Below the pieces are notes generated by a model that saw only the letters and a program-made list of their open reading frames with translations, was not told the DNA's origin and did no database searches. This document shows positions 33,543 through 53,970 of a stretch of DNA of 64,000 nucleotides, in pieces. Origin of the DNA: Thermoanaerobaculia bacterium (lineage in GTDB: Bacteria; Acidobacteriota; Thermoanaerobaculia; UBA5066). The DNA lies in contig JAJVIN010000029.1 in the NCBI GenBank assembly GCA_022071945.1, forward strand, positions 390 to 64,389, written 5' to 3'. Within the stretch, counting starts at the first letter, position 1. Each line of letters begins with the position of its first letter. Position numbers and translations under genes: made by a program.

Positions 33543-35027
33543 CTAGAGGCCCGGCAGCCGCCGGGCATCCCGGTGCCAGCCGCCCAGGAAGCGCTCCGTC
33601 ACGGCGGGTTTGAACAAGAGATTCCGCGAGGCGTACGCAAACGCGGCCGCCACGGCCAGGTCCTTCAGGTGCTCCTCATCTCCGATCGGCTCGAGGAGCG
33701 CCGGACCGAAGAACGTCGAGTCGTACTTCCCTTCCTGAAAGGCCGGGTCGTTCATGATCCTGAGGAACAGCGGCAGGTTCGTCGCCGGCCCGATCACGGT
33801 GAACTCCTCGAGCGCGCGGCTGATCCGTCGCATGCTCTCCATGCGGTCGTGGCCCCACGCCGTGACCTTCGCGATGTACGGGTCGTACTCTTCCGGGATC
33901 GTGCACCCCTCGAAGAGATAGGTGTCGACCCTCAGGTTCGGTCCTCCGGGGACCCTGAGCCTCTCGACTTTTCCCGGGGTCGGCAGGAAGTTCCGCCAGG
34001 GGTCCTCCGCGCGGATCCCCACGATCATCGCGTGTCCGCGAAGCCGGATGTCCTCTTGCCGGTAATGGACCTTCTCCTTTCCGGCCAGACGGAACTGAGC
34101 CCCGACGATTCCGATCCGGGTCACCATCTCGCTGACGGGGTGCTCGCGCTGGATCCTCGGCTTGACCTCTGTAAAGAAGAAGTCGCCATTCTCGTCGGCC
34201 ACGAACTCGATCGAGGCCACGTTGCGAATCCGGAAGAGTCGCGCCAGTTCGACGGCCGCCCGCAGGAGTTTGGCCCTCTGATCGGGATTCAGGAACGGCG
34301 ACGGGGACTCCTCGAGGAGCTTCTGGTTGCCGTGCTGGACCGAGCCTTCCCGCTCCCCGAGGTGAACGATGTTCCCGTCACTGTCGCCGATCACGATCAC
34401 GGCCAGGTGGTGGGCCCGCTCGACTGACTTCTCGAGGTAGACGCGCTTGTTCCCGTAGACGATCTGTGCCTCGGTCTGTGCCGCCTCGACGGCCGCGGTC
34501 AGCTGTTTCGGCGACTTCACGGGCCGCTCGCCGCGCCCGCGGCCGCCGCTGCACGACTTGATCGTCAGCGGGTACCCCATCTTCTCCGCATCGGCTTCCA
34601 AGAGGGCGCGGTCTCCCTCGCCATACGACTGCGCCGAGTGCGTCACGACCGGGAATCCCGCCCGCCGCGCCCAGTCGAGGGCCTTGATCTTGTCCTGATG
34701 GGCGAAGATGACCTCGCTCGACGGACCGACGAACGTGATTCCCGCCTCTTCGCAGGCCCTCACGAACGCTCCGTTCTCGGCGAGGAATCCATAGCCCGGA
34801 TGAACGCCGTCGCACCCCCGCGACTTGGCGATCTCGAGGACGAGATCTTGATCGAAGTAGCTCTTCGGCGAGTTCAGAGGCACGCACTCGGTGGCGATCC
34901 GGGTGTGCAGCGCGCCGCGGTCCGCCGGTTCGAACAGGGCGACGGATTGGATCCCGAGGTCTCTGCACGCGCGCACGACGCGCACCGCTATCTCACCCCG
35001 GTTGGCGACGAGGACTTTCTTCAGCAT
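33543..35027 (-). CDS. accC: biotin carboxylase subunit of an acyl-CoA carboxylase
   Basis: Starts MLKKVLVANRGEIAVR at 35027 with GGAAGGGAG RBS. The ORF-track start at 35057 adds 10 non-conserved residues. ATP-grasp core. Confidence 0.85.
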   Translation of the reverse strand: MLKKVLVANRGEIAVRVVRACRDLGIQSVALFEPADRGALHTRIATECVPLNSPKSYFDQDLVLEIAKSRGCDGVHPGYGFLAENGAFVRACEEAGITFVGPSSEVIFAHQDKIKALDWARRAGFPVVTHSAQSYGEGDRALLEADAEKMGYPLTIKSCSGGRGRGERPVKSPKQLTAAVEAAQTEAQIVYGNKRVYLEKSVERAHHLAVIVIGDSDGNIVHLGEREGSVQHGNQKLLEESPSPFLNPDQRAKLLRAAVELARLFRIRNVASIEFVADENGDFFFTEVKPRIQREHPVSEMVTRIGIVGAQFRLAGKEKVHYRQEDIRLRGHAMIVGIRAEDPWRNFLPTPGKVERLRVPGGPNLRVDTYLFEGCTIPEEYDPYIAKVTAWGHDRMESMRRISRALEEFTVIGPATNLPLFLRIMNDPAFQEGKYDSTFFGPALLEPIGDEEHLKDLAVAAAFAYASRNLLFKPAVTERFLGGWHRDARRLPGL

Positions 35028-35053
35028 CTTCGGCTCCCTTCCTCGCTCCTCCC

Positions 35054-36601
<1,548 letters not shown>

Positions 36602-36615
36602 CGTTTGATCTCCTC

Positions 36616-37392
36616 TCAATTCGCGTGTGACGACAGATCGGGCCGGGTTTCTGACAGGACGGAGAGCGTCAGCACATACCCATCCTGTTGTTTCCAGAAC
36701 CCAAATACCGCGCCGGGAAAGCGTTTGAGGCGAGAGGCCAGCTCGACCGTGAAGGGCTCCCACCCGCCTCCGGCCGGCCGGAGCTCCTCCGGCGCCTCAT
36801 CGGTCCGGGACAACGTGACGCGCACGTCCCGGGTGTCGGCCGTCAATCCCAGCTCGAGTGCCTTCAGGACGGCTTCCTTGGCACTCCAAAAAAGGTTGGC
36901 GAGAAGCGGCCGCCTCTCCTCGGGCGCCGAAAAGACCGCATCCGCCTCGTGTCTGACAAAGAAATCCTCGACAAATCGCGCGGACCGGGGCTCGATCCAC
37001 TCGAGATCCGCCCCGGCATGCCACGTCTGCAGGCCCTCGTTTGCGAGAACGGCCGCAAGCCCGGCGGCATTCGAGTGGCTGAGCGACAGCGAGACCGGGA
37101 TCGGGGCTCCAGGCAAGAGTCCGCTCGAGAGCGGCCTCGCGTCTGGAGAGAGCCGAACGAGCGGAGCCCCGGACGGCTTTCTGAGGATCTCGATCGAGGA
37201 GAGCGGCGGCTCATCTCCCTCTCGCTCGAGTAGCACTCGGGCCAGGAGAACCTTTGCCGTGTACCGTCCGAGCTTCCAGTCGGCCTTTCGTTTCTCGATC
37301 CTGAACTGGGACAAGCGAGAAGCCTCCCGGGGGGAGAGCCACTGGGACTCATCCCCGGGAGGCCGCTTTGAGTTCAGGAGCCACTCGATCAT
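36616..37392 (-). CDS. Sfp-type 4'-phosphopantetheinyl transferase (PfaE-like)
   Basis: 258 aa. PPTase motifs (..GAPIPVSLSLSHS.., FWSAKEAVLKALELG). Sits between the PKS and the carboxylase genes. Confidence 0.8.
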   Translation of the reverse strand: MIEWLLNSKRPPGDESQWLSPREASRLSQFRIEKRKADWKLGRYTAKVLLARVLLEREGDEPPLSSIEILRKPSGAPLVRLSPDARPLSSGLLPGAPIPVSLSLSHSNAAGLAAVLANEGLQTWHAGADLEWIEPRSARFVEDFFVRHEADAVFSAPEERRPLLANLFWSAKEAVLKALELGLTADTRDVRVTLSRTDEAPEELRPAGGGWEPFTVELASRLKRFPGAVFGFWKQQDGYVLTLSVLSETRPDLSSHAN

Positions 37393-37416
37393 GGGCTGCC
37401 CGTTACCACGGGCGTC

Positions 37417-46485
<9,069 letters not shown>

Positions 46486-46552
46486 GAGCCATGTCTCCGG
46501 CCCGGCGGGGCCGGCCGGAGAGCCGGACGGCCCCGGGGCGAGCACCCGCGTC

Positions 46553-48169
46553 TCACTCGGCGGGGAAAACCTCGTTCAATTGGCGGGCGATCTGATCCAT
46601 CTCCTCGATCATCCCGGCCTGGGCGGCGACAGCGCCCGCTAGATTCAGCGTCGTGGCGAAGTTCGAGTCGGTCTGTCCGGCGGCCACCGCCCACTTCAGT
46701 CCGTCCGAGGCGACCTTCATGAACGCCTCGCGCGCGTGGACGCGCGCCATCTTCTGAAGGAGCTCGGCGGAAAAGCCCAGGACGCCGCTCGGCTTGGTGT
46801 GGGCTCTCTCGGCGAAGATCGCCGCGGTCTCGGCCCAGGCGATGAGCTCGCCCAGGCGGAAGAGGATGTGCTGGTTGCGCGTCAACCGGTCGAGACGGCA
46901 GCGCTCGAGAAGCGCTCCGAGCGACCGGAACGTGGCCGCGGGGATCTTGCCCCAGGCTTCCTTCTCGAGCCGGGCCGCCCAGTCGAGGTAGTACCCGCCC
47001 CGCGTCTTGAGGTGGAGCTGCCAGCGGTCGCGCGCCATCGTCCACTCCATGATCTCGGAGGTTCCCTCGTAGATCGTGGTGATCCTGACGTCCCGCTTGT
47101 ACTTCTCGACCATGTACTCGCGGGTGTAGCCGTAGCCCCCGAGAGCCTGGATGGCATCCTCCGATGCCTTGTTCCCCGACTCGGTCGCGAAGTACTTGGC
47201 GACGGCGCCCTCGGTCGCCAGGTCGTCCTCGCCGGAATCGAGACGGTCGGCCGTCCACTCGATATAGGCCCGCGCGGCCTCGAGACGGATGGCGTTCGGG
47301 GCGATCAGCTTGTGGGTGTAGCCCTGTTTCTGGGAGAGAGGAGCGCCCGCGGCGATTCGTTGCTGCGAGTACTTGATCGCACGTTTCAGCGCGCCCCAGC
47401 CCGCGCCGAGGCCGAACGCGGCCACCATGAGGCGCGTGTAGCCGAACACCGCTTGAGCCTGAGCGAGACCCTTCCCTTCCACGCCCCCGACGAGCCGGTC
47501 CGCGCCCACCTCGACGTTCTCGAGGAAGAGGGCCGTGGTGTTGGAGGCGCGGATGCCGTGCTTGTCCTCCGGCTTGCCCGGGGTGAAACCCTCGAGACCC
47601 TTCTCCACGATGAACCAGGAAGGACCGCCGGGAGCGTTCGCCAGCACCGTGTAGAGGTCCGCGACACCGCCGTTGCTGATCCACTGCTTGCGGCCGGTGA
47701 TCCGGTACCCGGTGATCTGGCCATCCTTCTCGATCCGCTCGGCGACGGTGGTGAGGGCTGCCAGGTCCGAGCCGGCCTGCGGCTCGGTTGCTCCGTAGGC
47801 CATCAGGAGGCCCTCGTCCGCGAGCTTCGTCATCCAGAACTTCTTTTGCTCGGGGGTCGCTCCCACCAGAATCGGATCCGCCCCCAGACAGGTCGCGAGA
47901 ACCCCCGTCGCGATGCCGAGGTCGATCTCGGCCATCACCGTCGAAACACGGTAAATGTCATAGGCCCCCGCTCCGACGCCTCCGCAGTCCTCGGGGACGA
48001 AAATGAGGTGGAGTCCGATCGACGGGTCGTAGAGATCCTTCAAGACCTTCATCGGGAAGACGTCCTCGTGGTCGATCTTGAGGAGGACGTCCGGCGTCAG
48101 GTTCCTTTCGGCGTAGTCATTCAACGTCGACAGGAACATGTCGAGCGTCTCACTATCCAGTCTCGGCAT
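46553..48169 (-). CDS. acyl-CoA dehydrogenase family protein
   Basis: 538 aa. ACAD N, middle and C domains ([24 protein letters not shown]). Has a GGAAG RBS. First gene of the minus-strand PKS operon. Confidence 0.85.
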   Translation of the reverse strand: MPRLDSETLDMFLSTLNDYAERNLTPDVLLKIDHEDVFPMKVLKDLYDPSIGLHLIFVPEDCGGVGAGAYDIYRVSTVMAEIDLGIATGVLATCLGADPILVGATPEQKKFWMTKLADEGLLMAYGATEPQAGSDLAALTTVAERIEKDGQITGYRITGRKQWISNGGVADLYTVLANAPGGPSWFIVEKGLEGFTPGKPEDKHGIRASNTTALFLENVEVGADRLVGGVEGKGLAQAQAVFGYTRLMVAAFGLGAGWGALKRAIKYSQQRIAAGAPLSQKQGYTHKLIAPNAIRLEAARAYIEWTADRLDSGEDDLATEGAVAKYFATESGNKASEDAIQALGGYGYTREYMVEKYKRDVRITTIYEGTSEIMEWTMARDRWQLHLKTRGGYYLDWAARLEKEAWGKIPAATFRSLGALLERCRLDRLTRNQHILFRLGELIAWAETAAIFAERAHTKPSGVLGFSAELLQKMARVHAREAFMKVASDGLKWAVAAGQTDSNFATTLNLAGAVAAQAGMIEEMDQIARQLNEVFPAE

Positions 48170-48316
48170 ATAGCTTCCTTACTCTGAGAGCGGTGACCGG
48201 CGGGTGCCTTTACTGAGGTCCACGTTTTGCCCTGGGGGCATGCTATCGGTTTCAGGCCCCCGCGTCGTGATCCAAATGATTCAAACCGCCTAAGCCGAAC
48301 GTATCCATCCTTCGCG

Positions 48317-51300
48317 TTAACGGGGCCCCCGCTCCTTCTCGTCCGAGAGCGCCGGCAGGGTCACGGGGACGGGTTCCGAGAGGCTTTCGGGGCTGAGGAT
48401 GCGGGCTTCTTCGCGAGTCGCCTTTGCCTCTAAGTGGTCTCCCGCCGCCTCGAGAAGCGACGCTTTCAGGAGCAGGGTCCTGACGTTCAAGACCCCCCGG
48501 GCCGCGATCTCTTCGGCAGCCTGGAACGCCTCGGCCGGCCGCCCGGCCCTGGCGTAGAGCACGGCGAGCGTCTCGAGCCTCGGGATCTGGGCGAATCCGG
48601 CATCGGGCGGGGGCAGTTTCTCGATCAGCGGCACGAGCTCTCTCGCCCGGTCGCGACTCGTGGCGAGGCGCTCCAGCTGGACGTAGATGTCCCGGACGGC
48701 CTGAGAGCCGGTCTCGGACCCGAGCCGCGCGGAGGCGAGCAGGGATCTGCCCAGACTCAACGCCGGCTCCACGCGGCCGAGCGAGACGAGGAGGCTCAGG
48801 CGGTTTCTCTCGACCGCTGCGGTCCTCACGGGAACCGAGTCCAGGATCGAGAGGGCCTGCTCGGTCTTCCCTTCCTCCGCCGCCAGGCGAGCCTGGCCGA
48901 TGATCAGCTCCTGGAGGGCGTCGGGAGGGGGCGCCGAGGGAATCGAGGACGCGCGGGCCAGGAAGAGCCCCGCGGCCTCGAGGTCCTTGGCGTCCAGGGC
49001 GACTCCGGCCGCGCGGGCGAATCCCCGGTGCGCCTCTCCCCTTCCCACCGCCCTGAGATAGGCGTCCCGGGCCTCGGTCCAAAGCCCCGCCTGGCGGAGC
49101 ATTCCGGCAAAGCCCAGCCAGGCGACACCCTCCGGAACCGTTCGCGCCACCTCGACCGGAAGCCATTCCCCGTACTCGATCTTGGCCGCGAGAACCCGGC
49201 GATGATTCTGGGAATCCGCGGTGAAGAGGCCGCGAGGGGCCTCGAATTCCAGGACCGGGAACGCATCCCGGTGAACGGAGGGGAGGGCTCCCGAGAGCTT
49301 CCGGGCGCTTTCCGATCCCAGAAGGTAGCGGGAATAGAACTCCGCCGGACGGCGAATCTCGCCGTACCGCCGCAGCTCTTCCGAATAGTGCCGCGCCAGG
49401 AGCTCCTCGAAGGCCTTCGGCTCGACGCGCATTCCGGAGTCCGACCCGAGAAGCAGGAGGTTGTACGGGTCGAGCCACCAGACTTGCACGTCCTTGAAGG
49501 CCTGGCCGAAAGTCCCGAGAACGAGACGAACGGAGGCGAAGTCCAGTCCGTAGAGCTGAAGCCACTGGGCGAAGACCCCGCGCGGCTTCAAGACGCGCTT
49601 GGATTCCAGGAAGAAGTCGAGGGAGAAGACGTTGGCGATCCCCGCTCGCCACGGGTTCGAGGGCTCCGAGACGATCAGGTCGTACGTCCTCGGCGTCACC
49701 GCCACGTAACTTCTCGCGTCGTCCAGGAAGAGGCGGAAGCGCGGGTCCTTTTCGGGAACGAGATTGACGTGATGAAAGAGAGGAGAGGTCTCGACGACGG
49801 CCTTTTCCATCTCCACGAGGTCCAGGCGAGAAACCGAAGGGTTCTTCAGAAGGACTCCGGCCGTCACCCCCGAGCCAAAGCCCACCACGAGAACGTCCCG
49901 GGCTGATGGGGTGACGGCGAACGGAACGATGCCGGCGAAGGCCTGCGTCGGCATGTCTCTCAGATCCGAGGCGTCCGGATGCCCCCCGATGTAGAGGATC
50001 CTCGCGTCCGCCGATCGAGTGACCGCCACCGTGGCGTTGCGGCCCTCCTTGAAGAACAAAGGCTCCTGAGGCGACGCCGCGAGCTTCTCCTCCACGGCCA
50101 GACGTGAGGTGAGGACCGGGCTTCTTCCCTTCGTGTCGGAACTCAAGAAGAGCGCGGCGGGCCAGCGCGGCATCACCGCCACGAACACCAGGACGAGAGC
50201 CGTCAAGCCGAGGGCGAGCCTCCTCACGCGCGCTTCCGGCTCCAAAAAGAGCCCCAGCGTGCCCGTCGCCACGCAGAGAAGGGCCATCACGAGAAGGGTC
50301 CCCTCGGTCCCGGCCAGGGGCAGAAGGACGAAGCCCGTCAGGAGACTCCCCGACACGGTTCCCACCGTGTTGACGAGATAGGCCGCTCCGAGGTTCCCGG
50401 CCAGCCGATCGACCCGGTCACTCAGATGGGCCAGCAGGATTGGGACCCCCATCCCCGCCGCGATGGCGAAGGGCAGGAGAAAGACCGCGGAAAGAAGGGC
50501 CTTGCCCAAGAGGACTTCCCCGTAGGTCAAACCCGGGATCTGCCTCATGTAGACGACGAGTCTCGGCAAGAGAGGCATCCCGGCCTGTGCCAGGAGGATC
50601 AAGCCGGCCAGCACGACATAGACCGCCGAGAAGACCCTCAGACGGGAAACTCGGCGGCGTTCCAGCGGTGCCGTCGCCACTGACCCGATCGCCAGACCGA
50701 GAAGAAAGACCGCGAGAACGAGGGAGAAGGCGTGGTTGAAGACCCCGAAGATCAATCCGAGAACGCGGAAGAAGACGACCTCCGTCGCCATGGTGACGAG
50801 ACCCGAAACGAGGAGGCCCCAGATGACGAATCGGCCCTCGCGGCCGCTTCCCACCCCCCTGAGGGCTTCGAGAAGCCGGGGCCTCTCGCCACCCGAGGCA
50901 GGCTCCACGTTCTTCTTCCGCCCCCAGATCATGACCAGGGATCCCAGCAGGAGATTCACGATCGCCGCGGCGATCATGGTCGTCTCGAGACCGAGGCGCT
51001 CGACGAGGATGAAGGCCTCCGAGAAGACACCGGCGACGGCGCCGAGAGTGTTGATCGCGTAGTAGACACCGACGAGGGTCCGGGCCCGCTCGGAGGTGTC
51101 CGAGATCGCACGCAAGAGGGCCGGGAGCGTGGCCCCCATCGCGAAGGCCGGAAGGAAGAGGGCTGCCGTCGCCAGCGGCACCTTCAAAAAGACGGAGAAA
51201 AGACCGGGATCGCCGATCGATCGAGCGAGCCCCGCGTAGACGTCTCGAACGAGCCCCAGAAGCGGTGCCGTCAAGAGCGCGTAGACACCGATGCCGAACT

Positions 51301-51532
51301 CGAGGGCGCCGTAGATCGCCGCGGGACGGGTGGATCTGTCGATCCTGCGCCCGAGAACGCGCGCGCCGATCCCGAGACCGGCCATGAAGACCGCCAGGAC
51401 GACGCTCACCGCCTCGGTCGTCGACCCGAAGAAGAGCTTCAGGTGTCTCGACCAGAGAACCTGGTAGACGAGCGCAGTCGCTCCGGAAACGAAAAAACAG
51501 ACTCCGAGGAGAACCCGGTCCGATCGATTCAA
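48317..51532 (-). CDS. fused MFS-like membrane domain / spermidine-synthase-like aminopropyltransferase domain / C-terminal TPR protein
   Basis: ORF-track frame. Likely TTG start at 51532 (LNRSDRVLLGVCFFVSGATALVYQVLWS typical of the MFS-SpdS N-terminus); the upstream 84 codons are non-protein-like. Class I methyltransferase-like fold (VLVVGFGSGVTAG, DLIVSEPSNPW). TPR-rich tail. Confidence 0.7.
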   Translation of the reverse strand: MNRSDRVLLGVCFFVSGATALVYQVLWSRHLKLFFGSTTEAVSVVLAVFMAGLGIGARVLGRRIDRSTRPAAIYGALEFGIGVYALLTAPLLGLVRDVYAGLARSIGDPGLFSVFLKVPLATAALFLPAFAMGATLPALLRAISDTSERARTLVGVYYAINTLGAVAGVFSEAFILVERLGLETTMIAAAIVNLLLGSLVMIWGRKKNVEPASGGERPRLLEALRGVGSGREGRFVIWGLLVSGLVTMATEVVFFRVLGLIFGVFNHAFSLVLAVFLLGLAIGSVATAPLERRRVSRLRVFSAVYVVLAGLILLAQAGMPLLPRLVVYMRQIPGLTYGEVLLGKALLSAVFLLPFAIAAGMGVPILLAHLSDRVDRLAGNLGAAYLVNTVGTVSGSLLTGFVLLPLAGTEGTLLVMALLCVATGTLGLFLEPEARVRRLALGLTALVLVFVAVMPRWPAALFLSSDTKGRSPVLTSRLAVEEKLAASPQEPLFFKEGRNATVAVTRSADARILYIGGHPDASDLRDMPTQAFAGIVPFAVTPSARDVLVVGFGSGVTAGVLLKNPSVSRLDLVEMEKAVVETSPLFHHVNLVPEKDPRFRLFLDDARSYVAVTPRTYDLIVSEPSNPWRAGIANVFSLDFFLESKRVLKPRGVFAQWLQLYGLDFASVRLVLGTFGQAFKDVQVWWLDPYNLLLLGSDSGMRVEPKAFEELLARHYSEELRRYGEIRRPAEFYSRYLLGSESARKLSGALPSVHRDAFPVLEFEAPRGLFTADSQNHRRVLAAKIEYGEWLPVEVARTVPEGVAWLGFAGMLRQAGLWTEARDAYLRAVGRGEAHRGFARAAGVALDAKDLEAAGLFLARASSIPSAPPPDALQELIIGQARLAAEEGKTEQALSILDSVPVRTAAVERNRLSLLVSLGRVEPALSLGRSLLASARLGSETGSQAVRDIYVQLERLATSRDRARELVPLIEKLPPPDAGFAQIPRLETLAVLYARAGRPAEAFQAAEEIAARGVLNVRTLLLKASLLEAAGDHLEAKATREEARILSPESLSEPVPVTLPALSDEKERGPR

Positions 51533-51652
51533 CGCGTGGCCTCGCCTGTCATCATCGCAGGCCGCGATTATCGACCCCGTGGCCCAGCTAGACTCGTGAC
51601 GTTGGCAACAGATTCTGACACCTCCCCGGGCGGCTCTCGCGGAGTACCTGCC

Positions 51653-53722
51653 GTGATCGACTTCCTGGTCTGCTTCCTGGCCGCTGTCGCCTGGAGTTGG
51701 CCCTATCCGAGGCTTCTCGACGTCACCCTGCGGGACCCGTACGACGGCGAGGCCCAGACATGGGTCCTCTCGTGGGTTCGCCATGCCCTGAAGACAAACC
51801 CTATCGAGATCTTCCAGGCCAACATCCTCGCCCCCGCACGTGACGTTCTCGCCTTCACGGAGCCCCTCATCGGCTACGGAGTCCTGAGCCTGCCGTTCTC
51901 GTTTTTCGGGCTCTCACCGGCCGGGTGCGTCAACGCGGTCTGCCTCCTCATGCTGGCCCTCGTTCCGTTCGGAATTTCGAGACTGGCCCGCACGCTCGGG
52001 GTGCCACGGGTCCCTGCCCTGATCGGCGGGTGCGCGGCCGCCTTCGCTCCCCTCAGCGCCGCCAACCTCGGCTTCGTCTATTTCTCGGCCTGGGGAGGGA
52101 TCGCTTTGATCCTCGTCCTGACGGAGCGGTTCCTCAGAAGCCGCACGGTCCGATCGGGACTGTGGCTCGGAGCGGGCATCGGACTGATCGCCTGGTTCTC
52201 CCTGCAGCTCTTCGCCTTCACGGTCGCGGCCGTGGCGGTCCATCTGGCTCTCGGGCTCGTTCTCGAGCCCCGCTTCCGCCGGGAACCCGGGAGTCTGCTG
52301 CGCGTCCTCCCGGGCGTGCTCCTGGCCTGTCTCCTCGTCTCTCCCCTGGGACTGACGCTCTGGAAGGTGAGACAGCGGGAAGGGTTCACCCGCGCCGAGG
52401 CCGAGACGCGGAAATACTCGGCGACGCTCTCGAGCTGGGTCACATCCACCGCGGTCCAGCCGGCCCATCGATTTCTGAAGACCACGACCTCCGAGTCCGC
52501 GCTCTACCCGGGAAGCGCGACTCTCCTCCTCGGCCTTCTGGCCCTCGTTCTGGCCCGAAAAGGGGCGCCTCACGTCCGGGTCGCCCTCTGTGGCCTGGGG
52601 CTCGGACTCTTTGGTCTCCTGGCCTCTCTCGGTCCGAACGGCCCCGTCTATCCGGCGCTGGTGACGCTCGCCCCCCCGCTCTTCGGAGGTATTCGTTCAG
52701 CATTCCGGTTTGGCTACGTGGCCGAGACCGGATTCGGGCTCCTCGCGGCAGCTGGTGCCTGGGCGCTCGTCAGCCGGGTGGATCCATCGCGGAAGAGGCC
52801 GAGGCTGGCCAGTTCCCTTTTCGCCGGGCTCGCGCTCGTGGTCTTTGCGGACGGTTTCCAGAGGTACCCGTTCGACCATCGGCCTCCGCGCGAGCCGTCC
52901 GCCACCGACCGGCTCCTGGCAAGCCTGGAGCCGGGGGGGCCGATCCTCTTCGTGCCGATGACGAATCGTCCCGGCGAAACCAGGCTGATGCTGCGCTCCG
53001 GCTTCTGGGGGTTTCGACCCCTCGTCAACGGGAACATCAGCTACATCCCGGAAAGGCACCGGGCCCTGGCCGCGGATCTTGCGAAAGAGGAGATTGGCCT
53101 CCCGGTCCTCGAGACGCTGGAGAGCTGGCCCGTGGGACTTGTCGTCTGTGAGGAAGCAGCGATTCCGCTCCGGCAGCGGAGCCCCTTGATCCGGTTTCTC
53201 TCGGAGGGACTGGAATCGGGCCGGTTCGAGGGACCGGAGGTGGCCCGTGAAGCGGGTGAGAGGGTGTTCGTCTTCGGAGTCCGCAAGATCCGCCGGGCAG
53301 CCGGTCTCTCGGGGCTTCTGGAAGGCGGGAAGAGCGAATTCCAGAAGATGGCGTCGGAAACTCCGGCCCGGCTCGGGGAAGACGATCCAGGCCTGCCGGC
53401 ATCGATCGACGAGCCCACGGAAGGACTCGCGGTCCGAGGAGCTCTCAGGGTCCGCGGCTGGGCACAGACCGAGGCGGGGCCGGCGGGCGTCATCGACATC
53501 CGGATCCAGGGCCGGAGAAGAACGCCGGTCTCGGAAAGGCGAATGCCCCGTCCCGATGTCGCGGCCGCGTTACCGCACCTGGGGGACCCTTCCCGGGCTG
53601 GATACGAAGTCGTTCTCCCTCGTTATCCGGAGGATGCCGGGCCGGCCTTCGTGGACGTCACGTTCCAGGCTGCGGACGGACGGATCCGGACGCTTCGGAC
53701 TTCGATCCGGTGGGTGGACTGA
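51653..53722 (+). CDS. hypothetical polytopic membrane protein with C-terminal soluble domain
   Basis: Probable GTG start at 51653 after GGAG. The upstream part of ORF 50732.. is antisense to the MFS-SpdS gene. More than 10 predicted TM helices. Confidence 0.5.
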   Translation: MIDFLVCFLAAVAWSWPYPRLLDVTLRDPYDGEAQTWVLSWVRHALKTNPIEIFQANILAPARDVLAFTEPLIGYGVLSLPFSFFGLSPAGCVNAVCLLMLALVPFGISRLARTLGVPRVPALIGGCAAAFAPLSAANLGFVYFSAWGGIALILVLTERFLRSRTVRSGLWLGAGIGLIAWFSLQLFAFTVAAVAVHLALGLVLEPRFRREPGSLLRVLPGVLLACLLVSPLGLTLWKVRQREGFTRAEAETRKYSATLSSWVTSTAVQPAHRFLKTTTSESALYPGSATLLLGLLALVLARKGAPHVRVALCGLGLGLFGLLASLGPNGPVYPALVTLAPPLFGGIRSAFRFGYVAETGFGLLAAAGAWALVSRVDPSRKRPRLASSLFAGLALVVFADGFQRYPFDHRPPREPSATDRLLASLEPGGPILFVPMTNRPGETRLMLRSGFWGFRPLVNGNISYIPERHRALAADLAKEEIGLPVLETLESWPVGLVVCEEAAIPLRQRSPLIRFLSEGLESGRFEGPEVAREAGERVFVFGVRKIRRAAGLSGLLEGGKSEFQKMASETPARLGEDDPGLPASIDEPTEGLAVRGALRVRGWAQTEAGPAGVIDIRIQGRRRTPVSERRMPRPDVAAALPHLGDPSRAGYEVVLPRYPEDAGPAFVDVTFQAADGRIRTLRTSIRWVD

Positions 53723-53756
53723 GGGAGGGCGAGAGACCGGGTGTCGGTGGATCGGT

Positions 53757-53779
53757 GCCTCCCCTTACGAAGGGGAGGC
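53757..53779 (+). terminator. perfect hairpin gcctcccctt-acga-aaggggaggc
   Basis: 9-10 bp stem, 35 nt after the stop at 53722. Confidence 0.45.
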
Positions 53780-53970
53780 AGGCGCGTGAGCGCCGGAGGG
53801 GTCCGCGGGATTCCTCGGATGGCGCGGGTCGGCCAACAAGAACGGCGCTGACCCCTCCCGGGCCTGGGGGCCCGGCCTCCCCTTCGCAAGAGCAGGCGCC
53901 CCCATCTCCTCCTTCCGCCCTCAGGGAGAAGGCCTCGGGGCGCCCCGTTGGGCGCCCCGAGCGTGTGTTT

